Positions 1-11,649 of a stretch of 64,000 nt of DNA are shown here, one piece after another; within the stretch, counting starts at the first letter, position 1; each line of letters starts with the position of its first letter. The stretch is taken from contig CP068257.2 in assembly GCA_009914755.4 (NCBI GenBank), positions 38,240,001 to 38,304,000 of the forward strand, given 5' to 3'. The stretch is from the human T2T-CHM13v2.0 reference genome, Homo sapiens. The notes below the pieces were generated by a model that ran no database searches, was not told the origin of the DNA, and saw only the letters and a program-made list of their open reading frames with translations. Made by a program: the position numbers and the translations under genes.

Positions 1-1477
1 GATTCCAATTCCATGGGAGCTCTGGGAATTATTCATGGAGCTTTTTCTTGAGCTTGGATGGTTTCCTTCATTTTGGCTTCAGGGAATTTTCTCGCACAGA
101 TCGGTATTCAAAGACTCAAGGAAATGCTCTGAAGACCTCTGCAGCTCTCTCTCTGCAGCTCCCTTCTTTTTGCTATTGAGTCTTGCAAAATTAGTCTCCC
201 TGGTGTCCCCTGGTGGAGGTGATGACCTCATTGCCTTTTCCAGATTTACATGGTATACCCACTCTAGTATGCCTCTGTCATACCTCTGTTGACATAGAGT
301 GGGCCCGTGTTCCAGGTGATGCTACTCAGTGTCCTGTATCAGTGGGTCACACACGGAGCCTCAGGTGGTGCTGCTGCATTTGGATCGATAGAGGCTTGTG
401 GATTGGAAAGGAAACGCACACTAGAATATGTGTCAATTCCAGTCAAGGTGGATTATTGCCTCTTCTGGGGTAGAAGGACTTTAATGACCTCAATTTGAAA
501 CCAAAAGCTGGTCTCCTTGAAAGCTGGTGCCATGTCAGGGGCTCAGACCTTCTGATCCTCCTTCCTGGCTGTGAAAGGAAGGGAGGTATTTTCCAGGTCA
601 CTGACCACATACCATGTACCTGGAGCCATGTTGCTCTCCTCTAGCAAAGATGCAGCAGATGCAGTTGGGGCTGCCACTCGACTGAGTTTGAAGCACTCCA
701 CTGACATCCTTCAGGCTGTCTGGTTTCTGTAGAGCCCACACTGGTGAATTAAATGAAGATGGGGTTCATCACCACCCCAGCTTCTTGTGGGTATGTAAGA
801 GTGACCTTAATCTCTGCCATTTCATTGGGATGTGATATTACTTTTTATTTATTATTTTGGCTGGAGCAAGGACAGTTCAGAGCTTCTACTTAGCCTTCCC
901 AACTAAGAACACTCTTATGCCACAAGCCATGAGTCTAATATGGATGTTCTGTCAACTGTCCAATACATCTATTTCCAGTCCATCCACTTTGTACCTGTGC
1001 CAGGATCCCATCTATACTCGACCCCTGGATGCCCCTTCTCTAACAGGAAGGCCAACGCTTTGGATCCCCCTTTCCACTTGGATTCTACAGTTAAAAATCT
1101 TCAAGATGTTTGAGTGTTCTCCTTCCCTGGTGCATTGTTACTCAAGGAGATGTCTATGGGTCCTTTTGAGGAAGAACTAGGAAAATTACTACTGCATACA
1201 GTAGGCTTGATGTTGGTAGATCCTTTCTCCTGGGGACTTGGCTTTCTGTCAATTGCTTCTGGATCTGAAAACTGGTTCAGATCTAAAAATAGAGCAAGGA
1301 ATCTTGACTTCTTATTGAGATGTTGGCTCTCAGCCCCTTGATTGTCCATCTTTGGTTTCTTGTATAGATTTATAGATCTTTGTATAGGTGTGTTTGTATA
1401 GCTCAGGTTTTCTCAATCTTGGCACCATTAACATTTTGAGCCAGATCATTCTTTGCTGTCAGGGGCAGTCCTGAATA

Positions 1478-1848
1478 CTGTAGGTGTAGTAGTCCATTCT
1501 CATGCTGCTATAAAGAAATACTCGAGACTGATATTTTATAAAGAAAAGAGGCTTAATTGACTCACAGTTCTGGATGAGTTGGGAGGCCTCAGGAAACTTA
1601 CAATCATGGCAGAAGGCACCTCTTCACAGGGTGGCAGGAGAGAGAATGAGTGCCAAGCAAAGAGGGAAAAGCCCCTTATAAAACCATCAGATCTCATGAG
1701 CACTCACTCACTATCACAAGAACAGCATGGGGGTAACTGCCCCCAAGATTCAACTACCTCCCACCAGGTCCTTCCCATGACATGTGGGAATTAGGGGAAC
1801 TACAATTCAAAATAAGATTTGGGTGGGGAAACAGCCAAACTATACCAT
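1478..1848 (-). mobile_element. MaLR LTR (MSTA-like), 3' LTR of the element
   Basis: Direct recognition of the MST/THE1 LTR consensus in reverse complement (see the 1478-3750 call). Confidence 0.7.
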
Positions 1849-3387
1849 GCCTCCCCTGGTCCCTCCCAAGTCTTATGTCCTTACATTTCAAAACACAATG
1901 ATGCCTTTCCAACAGTTCCCCAGAGTCTTAACTCATTCCAGCATTAACCCAAAAGACCAAGTCCAAAGTCTCATCTGAGACAAGGCAAGTACCTTCTGCT
2001 TATGAGCCTGTAAAATCAAAAGCAAGTTAGTTACTTCCTAGATACAATGGAGGCACAGGCACTGGGTAAATATACCTGTTCCAAATTGGAGAAATTGGCT
2101 AAAACAAAGGGGCTACAGGTCCCATGCAAGTCTGAAATCCAATAGAGCAGTCATTAAAGTTTAAAGTTCCAAAATAATCTCCTTTGACTCCATGTGTCAC
2201 ATCCAGGTCACCTCGTTGCAGGAGGTGGACTCCCACAGCCTTGGGCAGCTCCACTCCTGTGGCTTTGTGGGGTACAGAACTTCCTCCCAGTTGCTTTCAC
2301 AGACTGGGGTTGAGTGTCTGCAGCTTTTCCAAGTGCACAGTGCAAGCTGCTGGTGGATCTACTATTCTGGGGTCTGGAGGACAGTGGCTCTCTTCTCACA
2401 GCTCCACCAGGCAGTGCCCTGTGAGGACTCTGTGTGTGGGCTCTGGCCCCACATTGCCTTTCCACACTGCCATAGCAGAGATTCTCCATGAGGACTCTGC
2501 CCCTGCAGCAGATTTCTGTCTGGACATCCAGGTGTTTCCATACATCCTCTGAAATCTAGGTGGAGGTTCCCAAACCTCAGTTCTTGTCTTCTGTGTACCT
2601 GCATGACAGACACCAAGTGGAAGCTGCCAAGGCTGGGGGCTTGTGCCTCTGAAGCAATGACTCGAGCTCTACCTTGGCCCCTTTTAGACATGGCTGGAGC
2701 AACCGGTATACAAGACACCAAGTCTCGAGGCTGCACACAGCAGGGGGCGGCCCTGGACCCAGCTCAAGAAACCATTTTTCCCTCCTAGGCCTCTGGGTCT
2801 GTGATGGGAGGGGCTGCTGTGAGGGTCTCTGATATGCCCTGGAGACATTTTCCCCATTGTCTTGGCAATTAACATTTGGCTTCTAATTATTTATGCAAAT
2901 TTCTGCAGCCAGCTTGAATTTCTCTCCAGAAACTGGGTTTTTCTTTTCTATTACATCACCAGTCTGCAAATTTTCCAAACTTTTTTGCTTTGTTTCTTCT
3001 TGAATGCTTTGCCGCTTAGAATTTTTTTCTGCCAAATACCCTAAATCATCTCTCAAGTTCGAAGTTCCACAGATCTCTAGGGTAGGGGTAAAATGCTGCC
3101 AGTCTCTTTGCTAAAGCATGACAAGAGTTACCTTAACTCCAGTTCCCAACAAGTTCCTCATCTCCATCTGAGACCCTCAGCCTGGACTTCATTGTCCATA
3201 TCGCTACCAGCATTTTGGTCAAAGCCATTCAACAAGTCTCTAGGAAGTTCCAAATGTTCCCACATTTTCCTATCTTCTTCTGAGCCCTTCAAACTCTTTC
3301 AAACTCTGCCTGTTACCCAGTTCCAAAGTTGCTTCCACGTTTTCAGGTATCCTTATAGCAGCACTCCACTCCTGGTACCAATTTACT

Positions 3388-3750
3388 GTATTAGTCCGTT
3401 TTCACACTGCTATGAAGAAATATATCCAAGACTGGGTATTTTAAAAGAAAAGAGGTTTAATTGATTTGTAGTTCTGCATGGCTGGGGAGTCCTCAGGAAA
3501 CTTACAATCATGGTGAAGGCACCTCTTCACAGGGCAGCAGGAGAGAGAATGAGTGCCAAGCAAAGGGGGAAAAGCCCCTTATAAAACCATCAGATCTCAT
3601 GAGAACTCATTCACTATCCTGAGAACAGCATAGGGGTAACTACTCCCAAGATTCAACTACCTCCCACTGGGTCCCTCCCATGACATGTGGGAATTATGGG
3701 AACTACAATTCAAGATAAGATTTGGGTGGGGGCATAGCCAAAGCATATCA
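3388..3750 (-). mobile_element. MaLR LTR (MSTA-like), 5' LTR of the element
   Basis: Second copy of the same LTR family; begins tgtattagtccg… and ends …agccaaagcatatca (rc of TGATATG…). Confidence 0.7.
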
Positions 3751-5914
3751 GCAGGATATTTAGCAGCATCCCAGCTCTCTACACGCTGGATATCATTTAC
3801 GTCCTCTTAGTTCAGATGGTAATAACTGAAAATATTTTCCCTCAGCTGTGACAACAAAAATGTCTCCAGACATTGCCAGTGCCTCCCTAGGGAGAGAAGA
3901 GGAAATGCCCTGCTCCTCCTTTGGGAACCACAAGGGTAGATTGAGGGCTTTACTTGTTGGCTGCCCTCTGTCTTGTTGGTATGGGTGCTGTGTTCTATTA
4001 ACATCTATTACCATAGCTTGGTGTAAGGCCAGCCTGCTGCCTGCCCTTTTATGATTATTGCACCCACCTTGCTTTTGATGGGTGATTGTTGCCACCCAGC
4101 CTCTATTATTTCTAGATCCTGCCATGCCTGTTGCTATCAGGGAGCCTGGTTCTGTAGTGGCTTCCCCTATGCCCAGTCCTGTCCTGCAGATGATGGACAC
4201 CACTGTGTTACTCATTACTTTTGAGGTCCCTCTATTAGCACGTCCCTTGTTGCTTTGGTAAAGGCAATGCCCTCATCGCACTTTTCCAGACTTTCATGGT
4301 GTATCCACTGTGGCATGCTCTCAACTCTAGGCCCTTGGTTCCCACATCCACTTGTTGCCATGGCGGGTCTGGCATTTTGGCCTCAGTCAATATGGGCACC
4401 ATCTTCTTCAATGTTCCAAAAGCCACCCTAGCAGCTTTTAGGTATCTTCTCCTGAGGTCTTTCCTAAAGTGTTAAGTCCTGTATCATCAGATAGTTTTCC
4501 TGTATCAATGAACTTTCTCTTGCCCAACTTCATTTTCTGCTCCTGCTCCTGCTCCTGCTAGTGCCTTCCTGCCTTGATCTGATGCTTAATTCCAGTCTTC
4601 TACACATTCTTTGTACATGTTGGCCAAGTCCTGAAGGTCCTTTGGGGAGAGCCCTTTCCTCCACTATCAGGCTTAGAACTCTTCCCCACAAGCTTATGGG
4701 TGATTCTAGCTTAGTCATGAGTTTGTTGGGCATGAGGGAAGGTGAGAATTCTCTTGGGATAGGTGTGTATTATCCTACCAGACAGAGACTCTGCATCATC
4801 TTCAAGCACCAGGGGCACTAGCCTTCGACAGGGAGAAGGCCAATCTTGCAAGCCCAGAGGCATCAGAGGGATCTGGGAATTTGAGATCTTCAAGCACACC
4901 CACCCATGACTCAGCATCCATTTCTGTTTCAATCAGGCCCTGACCTTGGCCCAGCACACCTGCTGACACTGAGGATTTAGATTTGTGTGGTGTTCTGCTA
5001 GGCTCATGATAAGGCTTGGGCCTTTCTTCAGGTTCCTCTGCCTGCAGCCCACAGGAAATAAGAGTCTTCTTTACTTTTATAAAATAAGCCAGAGCTTCCA
5101 AAATGGGCCTGGGTTTCATACTTAGCCTTGAGTTCCTAATGAATCACCCCCAGCCTTGCTTTATTTCTGTCTATAGCCTTGATTTCCGCAGCAGCAGCTA
5201 AATGATTTCATTGTCTTTATAACTACCCTTTCCCCCATATTTCTTGGCTATCTGACTCAGCCACGTCATGGTTCCCACATCGTGCATGCTTTCCACAGGT
5301 ATAGCACCCCACTTCCCCAGGGTGAGCGCCCTAACACCTGCACACTGCTGCACTTCAGTGGGGCTCCATGCTGCACCTGCACGCTGCACTGAGGGTCCAC
5401 ACTTTCAGCTGGCTGGCAGGTGATCCAGATCCAAGCCCTGTGCCAAGGTCTGCTTTCCTCCCACTGCTCCTGATGTGACTGTCAGGTCAGTTTCCTGGAA
5501 GCTGCCTCTAAGGTGGAGATGAGAATGCAGGGTGATACTGAGCCATGCCTTGTAATGATACTGTGTGGCAGTGAATGGGGCAGGATGGGGCAGAGACAGA
5601 ACTCAGGCCATGATTGAGGCAGAGCAATGCCTCCGTGGATCCTACAACAAGCTTTGGAGATGGAATGGAAGATTCTGCAGAGTTGTTCCAAATTGGGACC
5701 AGGGGGCCAGGCCTTTTTTGGATATGTTCTGCCCCCTGCATAGCTCCCTTTGGCTGACAGCAATCTCTTTAGGGGCTCAGAATTGAGAGTTGGGTCCATC
5801 ACCAACACTCTCAGCAGGTGGGACAATGAGTACTTCAGTCCCCAGAGGGTGGGGGATTGGGGTGGTCCACTATGGAGTCCAGCACAGAAACCAACTTTAG
5901 CTCTTGGTCAGAGG

Positions 5915-6270
5915 TCTTAGTCACCTCAGGATGCCTTAAAAGAATACCACAGTCGGGAGGGTCAGCAACAGAAAATTACATTCTAACAGTTCTGGACGCT
6001 GGAAATCCAAGGTCAAGGTGCCAGGGCTGGCTCCTTCTGAGATCTCTCCCCTTGGCTTTTTCTCCCTGTGTCTCCACAGGGCCGTCCCCCTGTGCATGTC
6101 TGTGTCTCAAGCTCTTCTTCTTATAAGGACACCAGTCATAATAGATTAGGGTCCAACACTTATATACCTCATTGAACCTTAAACCTCATTAGAGGCCCTA
6201 TCTCCACATGCAGCTGTGTTGGGGGGCGGGCCTTCAGCATATGAATTTTGCAGGGACACGATCTGGTCTG
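5915..6270 (-). mobile_element. MLT1-family MaLR solo LTR
   Basis: Matches the reverse complement of MLT1 LTR: …aataccacag…cagttctggaggctggaa…aaggtcaaggtgccagg…ttcttataaggacaccagtcat…ggccctatctcca…atgaattttg…. Confidence 0.6.
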
Positions 6271-6927
6271 TAGCTGTAGACGAGCAGGCTGGTTCTGCAG
6301 AAAGAATCATGGATCTGAAATTTTGGGAACAATTACTGAAAAGTGAATTGGAGGAGTTCACCTGTGTGGAGAGTGGAGACAGGGAAAATAATTAAGGACT
6401 CAACCAAGCCCAATTCTGAAAGCTGTCAGGCTGCTGAGAATCGAGAGGTCCTTTCAGCCAGCCCACAGTGCGGCCTTCAGAGCTGCAGTGGCACTTCGAA
6501 GACAAACACCCACTGACCTTTTCATCAAAGAGAGGGGCTGCAGAGGTGACACGCAGGCTCTGCAGGCCAGGCAGCCAGTCCTCATCGGCAGGACAGGCTT
6601 GGGCATTTAATTGGGCTGAAAGGAACTATGAGTTATAAAATGACCTTTCCATCCATACATAGGGAATAATTTAAGCCTTAAGAATAGGAGCGGCTTCAGT
6701 TATGTTCGTAGCACTTGGAATTAGAAGGTGTGACAAGACAGAGATCCGTAGGAGCATCACGAATGGATTTTACCTGTCCCTGTATGTCTCCCATATTCTT
6801 CCTTTCTCTCCTGTTGGCTGGTGCCTTTTGGAAGAGTCACTTCACCTAGGTGTGAAGATGGGATGGAAGGTTGCATGCATAAAACCCAAATTATTTCAGA
6901 TTAGAGGGAGACATAGAGGGTAAAGGA

Positions 6928-6950
6928 AAGAGAGAGAGAGAGAGAAAGAA
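6928..6950. repeat. (GA)n microsatellite
   Basis: agagagagagagagagaaag run. Confidence 0.8.
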
Positions 6951-9169
6951 AATACAAGTTATGCATACCAGGTTCTCAATAACTTCAAGAAATAAAAAAA
7001 CATACACACCTACTATACAGAGTGGCTAATTAAGAGTGACCAGTAGTGTGGAGAAGATATGGGGTATGATGTAGAGGCATAATGATGTTTGTGCAATATT
7101 AGTTGCTAAAATCCTGGAAGACCATAGCCAAATATTTCTGTTAATTATTATTTTTTCTTCAGAAAGGCAGTAAAACCCAATTATCTAGGTTTAAAACAGG
7201 TGTGTTTTGTGGGAAGATTTTTTAACATTTTAGAAAACTGGACTAAAATTTGACAGCCGATTTTAAAATACCCTTTTTTCTCATTTTCAAAAGAGAAAAT
7301 TCTTACCTGTTGGCATGGGAAAGAGAATTTAATTTCACAGAACAAAAGAGCTTTCTTTCCTACAGCAACATTCACACTTAGTGACCGCTGGGTATTTATT
7401 TATTCAGAAGTGGTTTCAGGTGCCGACTCAGTGCTGGGCATCATGCCAGGCATGGCAATGAAAAAATAAGCGGGGTGATGTGGCCTGGCCTCTCCCTCTC
7501 TCAAGAGGCTTAAAGTCCAGAAGGTGGGAGACAAGGCTTGAGTAAACAAGCACACATACTCATGCATCCTTACAACAAGTACATCCTTCCAGGAGGGGTT
7601 TAAAGAATTAGGCTGCATGTCCATATCTGTGGATAGAACCTGCATAGCCTCCCGGCTCGGGGCCACATCACATCCAGTGGTTGGCAGCAGGCTAGAGTCT
7701 GCAGGAAGATTCAAGCTCAGGGCAGCAGGGAAGGAGGTGAGGAGTCAAAGACAGGAGCCCCTGGGTTCACCCATCGGGCCAGGGATGCTGAGGCTCCCCA
7801 TGTAGACACCCAGAGTGTATAGTTGGCATCGGGCTGGGAAGCAGTGAAGGTAGAAGAAGGGAGCCTCGCCATGAAGGCCAGGCTGTGCAGTCTCCGTTCC
7901 AAGGAGGATGACCACCTTCTTCATCTGTGCTGGATTAAAACAGCGCTATGTCTGCAAAGGCAAGGAAATGAAGCAGAAGGTAGGTTCTTTTTCAAAGTCC
8001 CCCACACCTCCAGAAACTACACACAAATGATGCATTTGGTATGCAAGTCTGATGAAAAGCCCTAGGTCATTAATATATAGTGTCCCTATAAATAATCTCA
8101 AAGACAGCTTGGGCCAACTCTGCCCCTTCAGGCAGGATCATGCTTCTAAGAAGATGAAAATAATCTGTCCTTATTATATATATACATTTCCATAAATTAT
8201 AGAACCACATGTCTGTATTTTAATTCAGCCAGGCTGAAGTTTTCCCCAAGATCTAATATACGAAGCTGTAGATCTAATTCTTCTGAAGTTCCTTCAAAAT
8301 TTATTTCCCAGCTCAATATATTTCATGTAGATATTTTTGCTTAGGTTGGCAGATGCAAGGCTTGAATACTTGTATATTACCAGTGGAGAAAATCAGACAC
8401 TGAGCAATGGAACAACTTCGCCAAGGTCATACAGAAAATGATTTCTCACATCTAGGATCCAAGTTCTAAGCTTCTGGTTCAGAACCCCATTGGTCACGTA
8501 AGAGTGTTTGGCTAACCTGAGAAAAGTCGAATGATGGGGCACGTTGAAGCTATTGACATACATGTGTAAAAGTAAACCACAGCCAAGCGGGCCTGAAAAG
8601 GAGGTGGAAAGGGAGAGAGTATCACTGTGTCAAGCAGCACGTCTCAAACCTGACTGCTCATCGGAACCACAGGAAAAGGTTGAAAGATTGCTCATTGACT
8701 GTCCTTGTCCCTGGATATGCTATGAAGAGGTCCAGCTAGTCTTTGGCGTTCTTGATCTGGTAACTGGTCTTATTGGGGTAGTACTGTCCCACGAGGATGA
8801 ATGGGAGGAGATGTCGTCCCAGGGCCCATCTGTGGGAGAGGATGCAATGTGTGTTCAGGCTGGGGTGCCTCTTGACAGCTAGCATGCTTGCATTTGAGAC
8901 CTGGTGGGTTGCACACTCAGACCTGTCTTGTGTCACTGGCGAGCACCGATTTCCCAGGGCAGCTTGACCCTCCCTTTGTAGCAATACTGAACGTTCATTT
9001 TGTGTTCTCTATAACAGGACAACTCCACGACTCATTAACAGGAGATAGTTATTTTGCTAAAGATATCCTGGGGAAATAAGTAGGATGAAATTGCATACCA
9101 CAAGGCCTTGAGAAAAATCCCCCTTAAGGTAATTCTATCCTTTCCCTGAAATTTCTCTGTGTGCTTGTG

Positions 9170-9566
9170 ATGGCGTCTGTGTTCGTTTCCTGTGGCTACC
9201 AGAATCAAGTACCAAGACTGCGTGGCTTAAGCAACCAAAATGTATCCCCTGGCAGTTCTGGAGGCTGAAAGTGTGAGGTCAAGGGGCAGCACGGTTGGTT
9301 CCTCTGAGACCTCTCTCCTTTGCTTGTAGATGCCATCTTCTCCCTGTATCCTCACAGCGTTGTCCCTCTGCGAGTGCCTGTGCCCTAATCTATTCTTCTT
9401 ATAAGGACACCAGTCCTATTGGATTCGGGCCCACCCTAGTGACCTTGTTTTAACTTAATCACCTCTTTAAAGACCTTTTCTCCAAATAAGGTCACATTTT
9501 GAGATATTGAGGGTTAGGACTTGAATGTATGAATTCTGGAGGAAGGCAATCAGCTCAGACCATAAC
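9170..9566 (-). mobile_element. MLT1-family MaLR solo LTR
   Basis: …tggctaccagaatcaagtaccaagactgcgtggcttaagcaaccaaaatg…cagttctggaggctgaaagtgtgaggtcaagg…ttcttataaggacaccagtcctattggattcgggcccaccctagtgacc…gggttaggacttgaatgtatgaattctgg…. Confidence 0.65.
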
Positions 9567-10329
9567 CCATTCTCCCCAATAGTCTTCATAGTCCCTTGGT
9601 TGGTCCCAAAGAATTGCTGAGTCTACCCAGCAAAGCCTCAGCCCAGCCCTGCACCTCCAATCCTGCCCCTCTACTTGGAGCCTCAGCACTAACTGCTGTG
9701 CTGCCAACCTCAGGCTGCTGCAGCCCTTGATGTGTCTTTGTGTTGTTAGAAAATGCAGGTCTGCTCCAGAGCCAGCCAGCAGAGCACAGGCTGATTCTCC
9801 ACATGCCCTCTGCACAGCCTGGAGGACCACAGCAGGGACCCCATGGAGGCTCACACTGGGAGACCCCTTCTACACCTCCAGGCTGTGGGGGTCCAGCCCC
9901 CAACAGGGCAGGAGGCCCCTGGGGAGGGTGTGGTTTTTGCCCCTGAGAAATCACAGGTGTCTCCTAGTATAGATAAGCAAGCACCCTTCTTCCAATCTGT
10001 CAATCTGTCCTACATCGCAGATGACACTATGGCTCCAGTTCCTCACCCTGCCCTCCTCCTCCTTCTCTCCCACTACTAACCACCTGGGCAACCCTAAAGG
10101 CATCCCACGTCGGCCTTCCCAAGCGTGGCATTGGGGGCAAGGAGGAGGAGGGGAGTGAGAGAAGGAGGATGCTGTCTTCATTAGTTTGCAAATGATTTGT
10201 GTGGTCAGGATATGTAAATAAATAATTTATATACATATAAAAGAAACGAATATAACACACATATTTTATATAATATATATATAATGTTCATTTCTGTCGC
10301 TCTGTGAAATATAGGTTATTTTATAATAA

Positions 10330-11060
10330 CTCATGTATGAGACTCTGTCTTGCTGGCTGGTGTTCCCACGCTGTGGGCGAGGGTGCTGACCAGCTGGTGC
10401 TCCTGGCCAAGGCCTCTGAGGGCAGCCTGTGCTCGCCGGTGCCCATTTGGGGGCGCATGGCCTTCTGCTTGCTGTCCAAGGTGGACCTGAGGATGTGGTC
10501 GCATCGGTGACCTGGGCATGTAAGGAGGGCAGTCCAGGTCAGAGGGCGTGGGGCTGCTGAGCTGAGGAGAGAGGGTTGATGGGCTGGAGTCTGGTGGCCT
10601 GCTCTGCACAGGGAGACGAGGGGTGCTGGGGACGGGTGGCAAGACGCTTCAATCTTCTCGCCAGACCCGCTCAGTCCTGTACCGGGACTGGCAGAGTAAC
10701 AGATGTGAATGTGCCTTCAGTCTGCACAACGCTTTTTTGGGACAGTTGAGGGCCCACTCTGATGCCTTGAAGACTCTTCAGAGCCTCACGATGTTGGGAC
10801 TGAACAAAGGATGGAACCTCTTCCCGGAAAAGCTGAACAGGACTAAGGCAAGGAGACCTTCAACCAGGCCAGGGCCAATGCCCAGGCTCCTTCCTGGCCC
10901 CACTGTGGTTGTGAGGAGGGCACATCAGCAAGGCTGCTGGAGCCGCTCGCCTCCTTTGTTGAGGTCGTGGGGACCCATTCCCATGTCCCAGTCCATCTAC
11001 TCTTATCCTTCCAGCTCAGGGTACAAGCAGGGCGACAGATATGGGATAGGGGAGACACAG
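10330..11060. promoter_or_regulatory. GC-rich, partially CpG-retaining non-repeat block 0.6-1.3 kb upstream of the PCP4 start; candidate distal promoter / regulatory sequence
   Basis: Local GC ~60% with a cluster of CpGs (cacgctgtgggcgag…ctcgccggtg…gggcgcatgg…gtcgcatcggtg…gccgctcgcc…ggtcgtgg) in an otherwise CpG-depleted neighbourhood. No repeat family recognised. Spurious ORFs in several frames on both strands. Confidence 0.3.
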
Positions 11061-11302
11061 CAGAGATATTAAAGTCCTTGGGCTGAGTTTTGTGTTATAA
11101 AGGGCAAGGGAAACACAGCTCCTGGGAAAACCTGAAAGTGCGTGAGCGGGCACGCAGGTATTTTCAGAGCTCCTCTTCCCTTAGAAAAACAATCCTTCCC
11201 ATTGACATTTGAAAGGTATTTTACATGCATGTAAATCTTGCACTCATTGAAAAACGCACAATGGCATCCCTGTGATGATCTTTGAAACTTTAGCTTTTAC
11301 TT

Positions 11303-11363
11303 TTTTCTTTTTTTTTTTTTTTAAAAGAGACAGGGTCTCGTTCTGCTGCCCAGGCTGGAGTGT
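11303..11363 (-). mobile_element. Alu 3' fragment (~60 bp)
   Basis: tttttttttttttaaaagagacagggtctcgttctgctgcccaggctggagtg is the reverse complement of the Alu 3' end plus A-tail; truncated after ~60 bp. Confidence 0.6.
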
Positions 11364-11479
11364 ATTACTTTTTAAAGAAATCGAGCATTTCCTTCCATCC
11401 TGGCGGAATTTGGAGCAGCGACCTAACGTGCCGTTCTCTTTTGCACCACTAGGTGGCCCCTGGTGCTCTCAGATGTCGG

Positions 11480-11640
11480 CCAGGCTTGCAGACAGGTGAA
11501 TGCATCTCATTGGCTCCAGGGAGGCATGATGCCACCGGGCAGCTCTTTTTAAGAGAAAAGCCAGAACCGGTGGAGCAGCGACCCCTGAGCAGTGTTCTCT
11601 GTGCTGAGCGGCGGGACTGAGCTGTTGAGTTAGAGCCAAC
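11480..11640 (+). promoter_or_regulatory. PCP4: PCP4 core promoter / 5' UTR region
   Basis: Lies immediately upstream of the ATG of exon 1. Contains an inverted CCAAT box (tctcattggctcc ~11503-11515) and an AT-rich TATA-like element (ctctttttaagag ~11541-11553) about 25-30 bp upstream of a plausible TSS near 11575. ~12 CpGs in 250 bp. The TSS position is inferred. Confidence 0.5.
11575..11640 (+). other. PCP4: PCP4 exon 1, 5' UTR portion (5' boundary uncertain)
   Basis: Sequence between the putative TSS and the ATG at 11641; ends in a Kozak-like gccaacATGa. Confidence 0.45.
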
Positions 11641-11649
11641 ATGAGTGAG
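11641..11649 (+). CDS. PCP4: PCP4 exon 1 coding part: ATG AGT GAG (Met-Ser-Glu), followed by a GTGAGT 5' splice site at 11650
   Basis: gccaacATGAGTGAG|gtgagtgatg. Spliced in phase 0 to exon 2 (42630-42681) this gives MSERQGAGATNGKDKTSGEN(D), the N-terminus of PCP4/PEP-19. Confidence 0.9.

Larger units (their letters stand above)
1478..3750 (-). mobile_element. Full-length ERVL-MaLR retrotransposon (MSTA/THE1-like): LTR - ~1.5 kb internal - LTR
   Basis: Two ~365-bp copies of the same LTR lie in the same (minus) orientation at 1478-1848 and 3388-3750, ~1.5 kb apart. Both read as the reverse complement of MaLR THE1/MST LTRs (…ggaaacttacaatcatgg…cacctcttcacaggg…catcagatctcatgag…tgggaattatgggaactacaattcaa…tttgggtgggg…catatca). 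They are ~85-90% identical to each other. The spacing matches a THE1/MST internal region. Confidence 0.6.

Noticed and set aside
9555-10180. GC-rich stretch with 4-5 overlapping ORFs of 68-122 aa on both strands
   Set aside because: Overlapping ORFs in all frames are the hallmark of GC-rich, stop-poor non-coding DNA. It is CpG-depleted and adjacent to an MLT1 LTR. No protein similarity is recognised.
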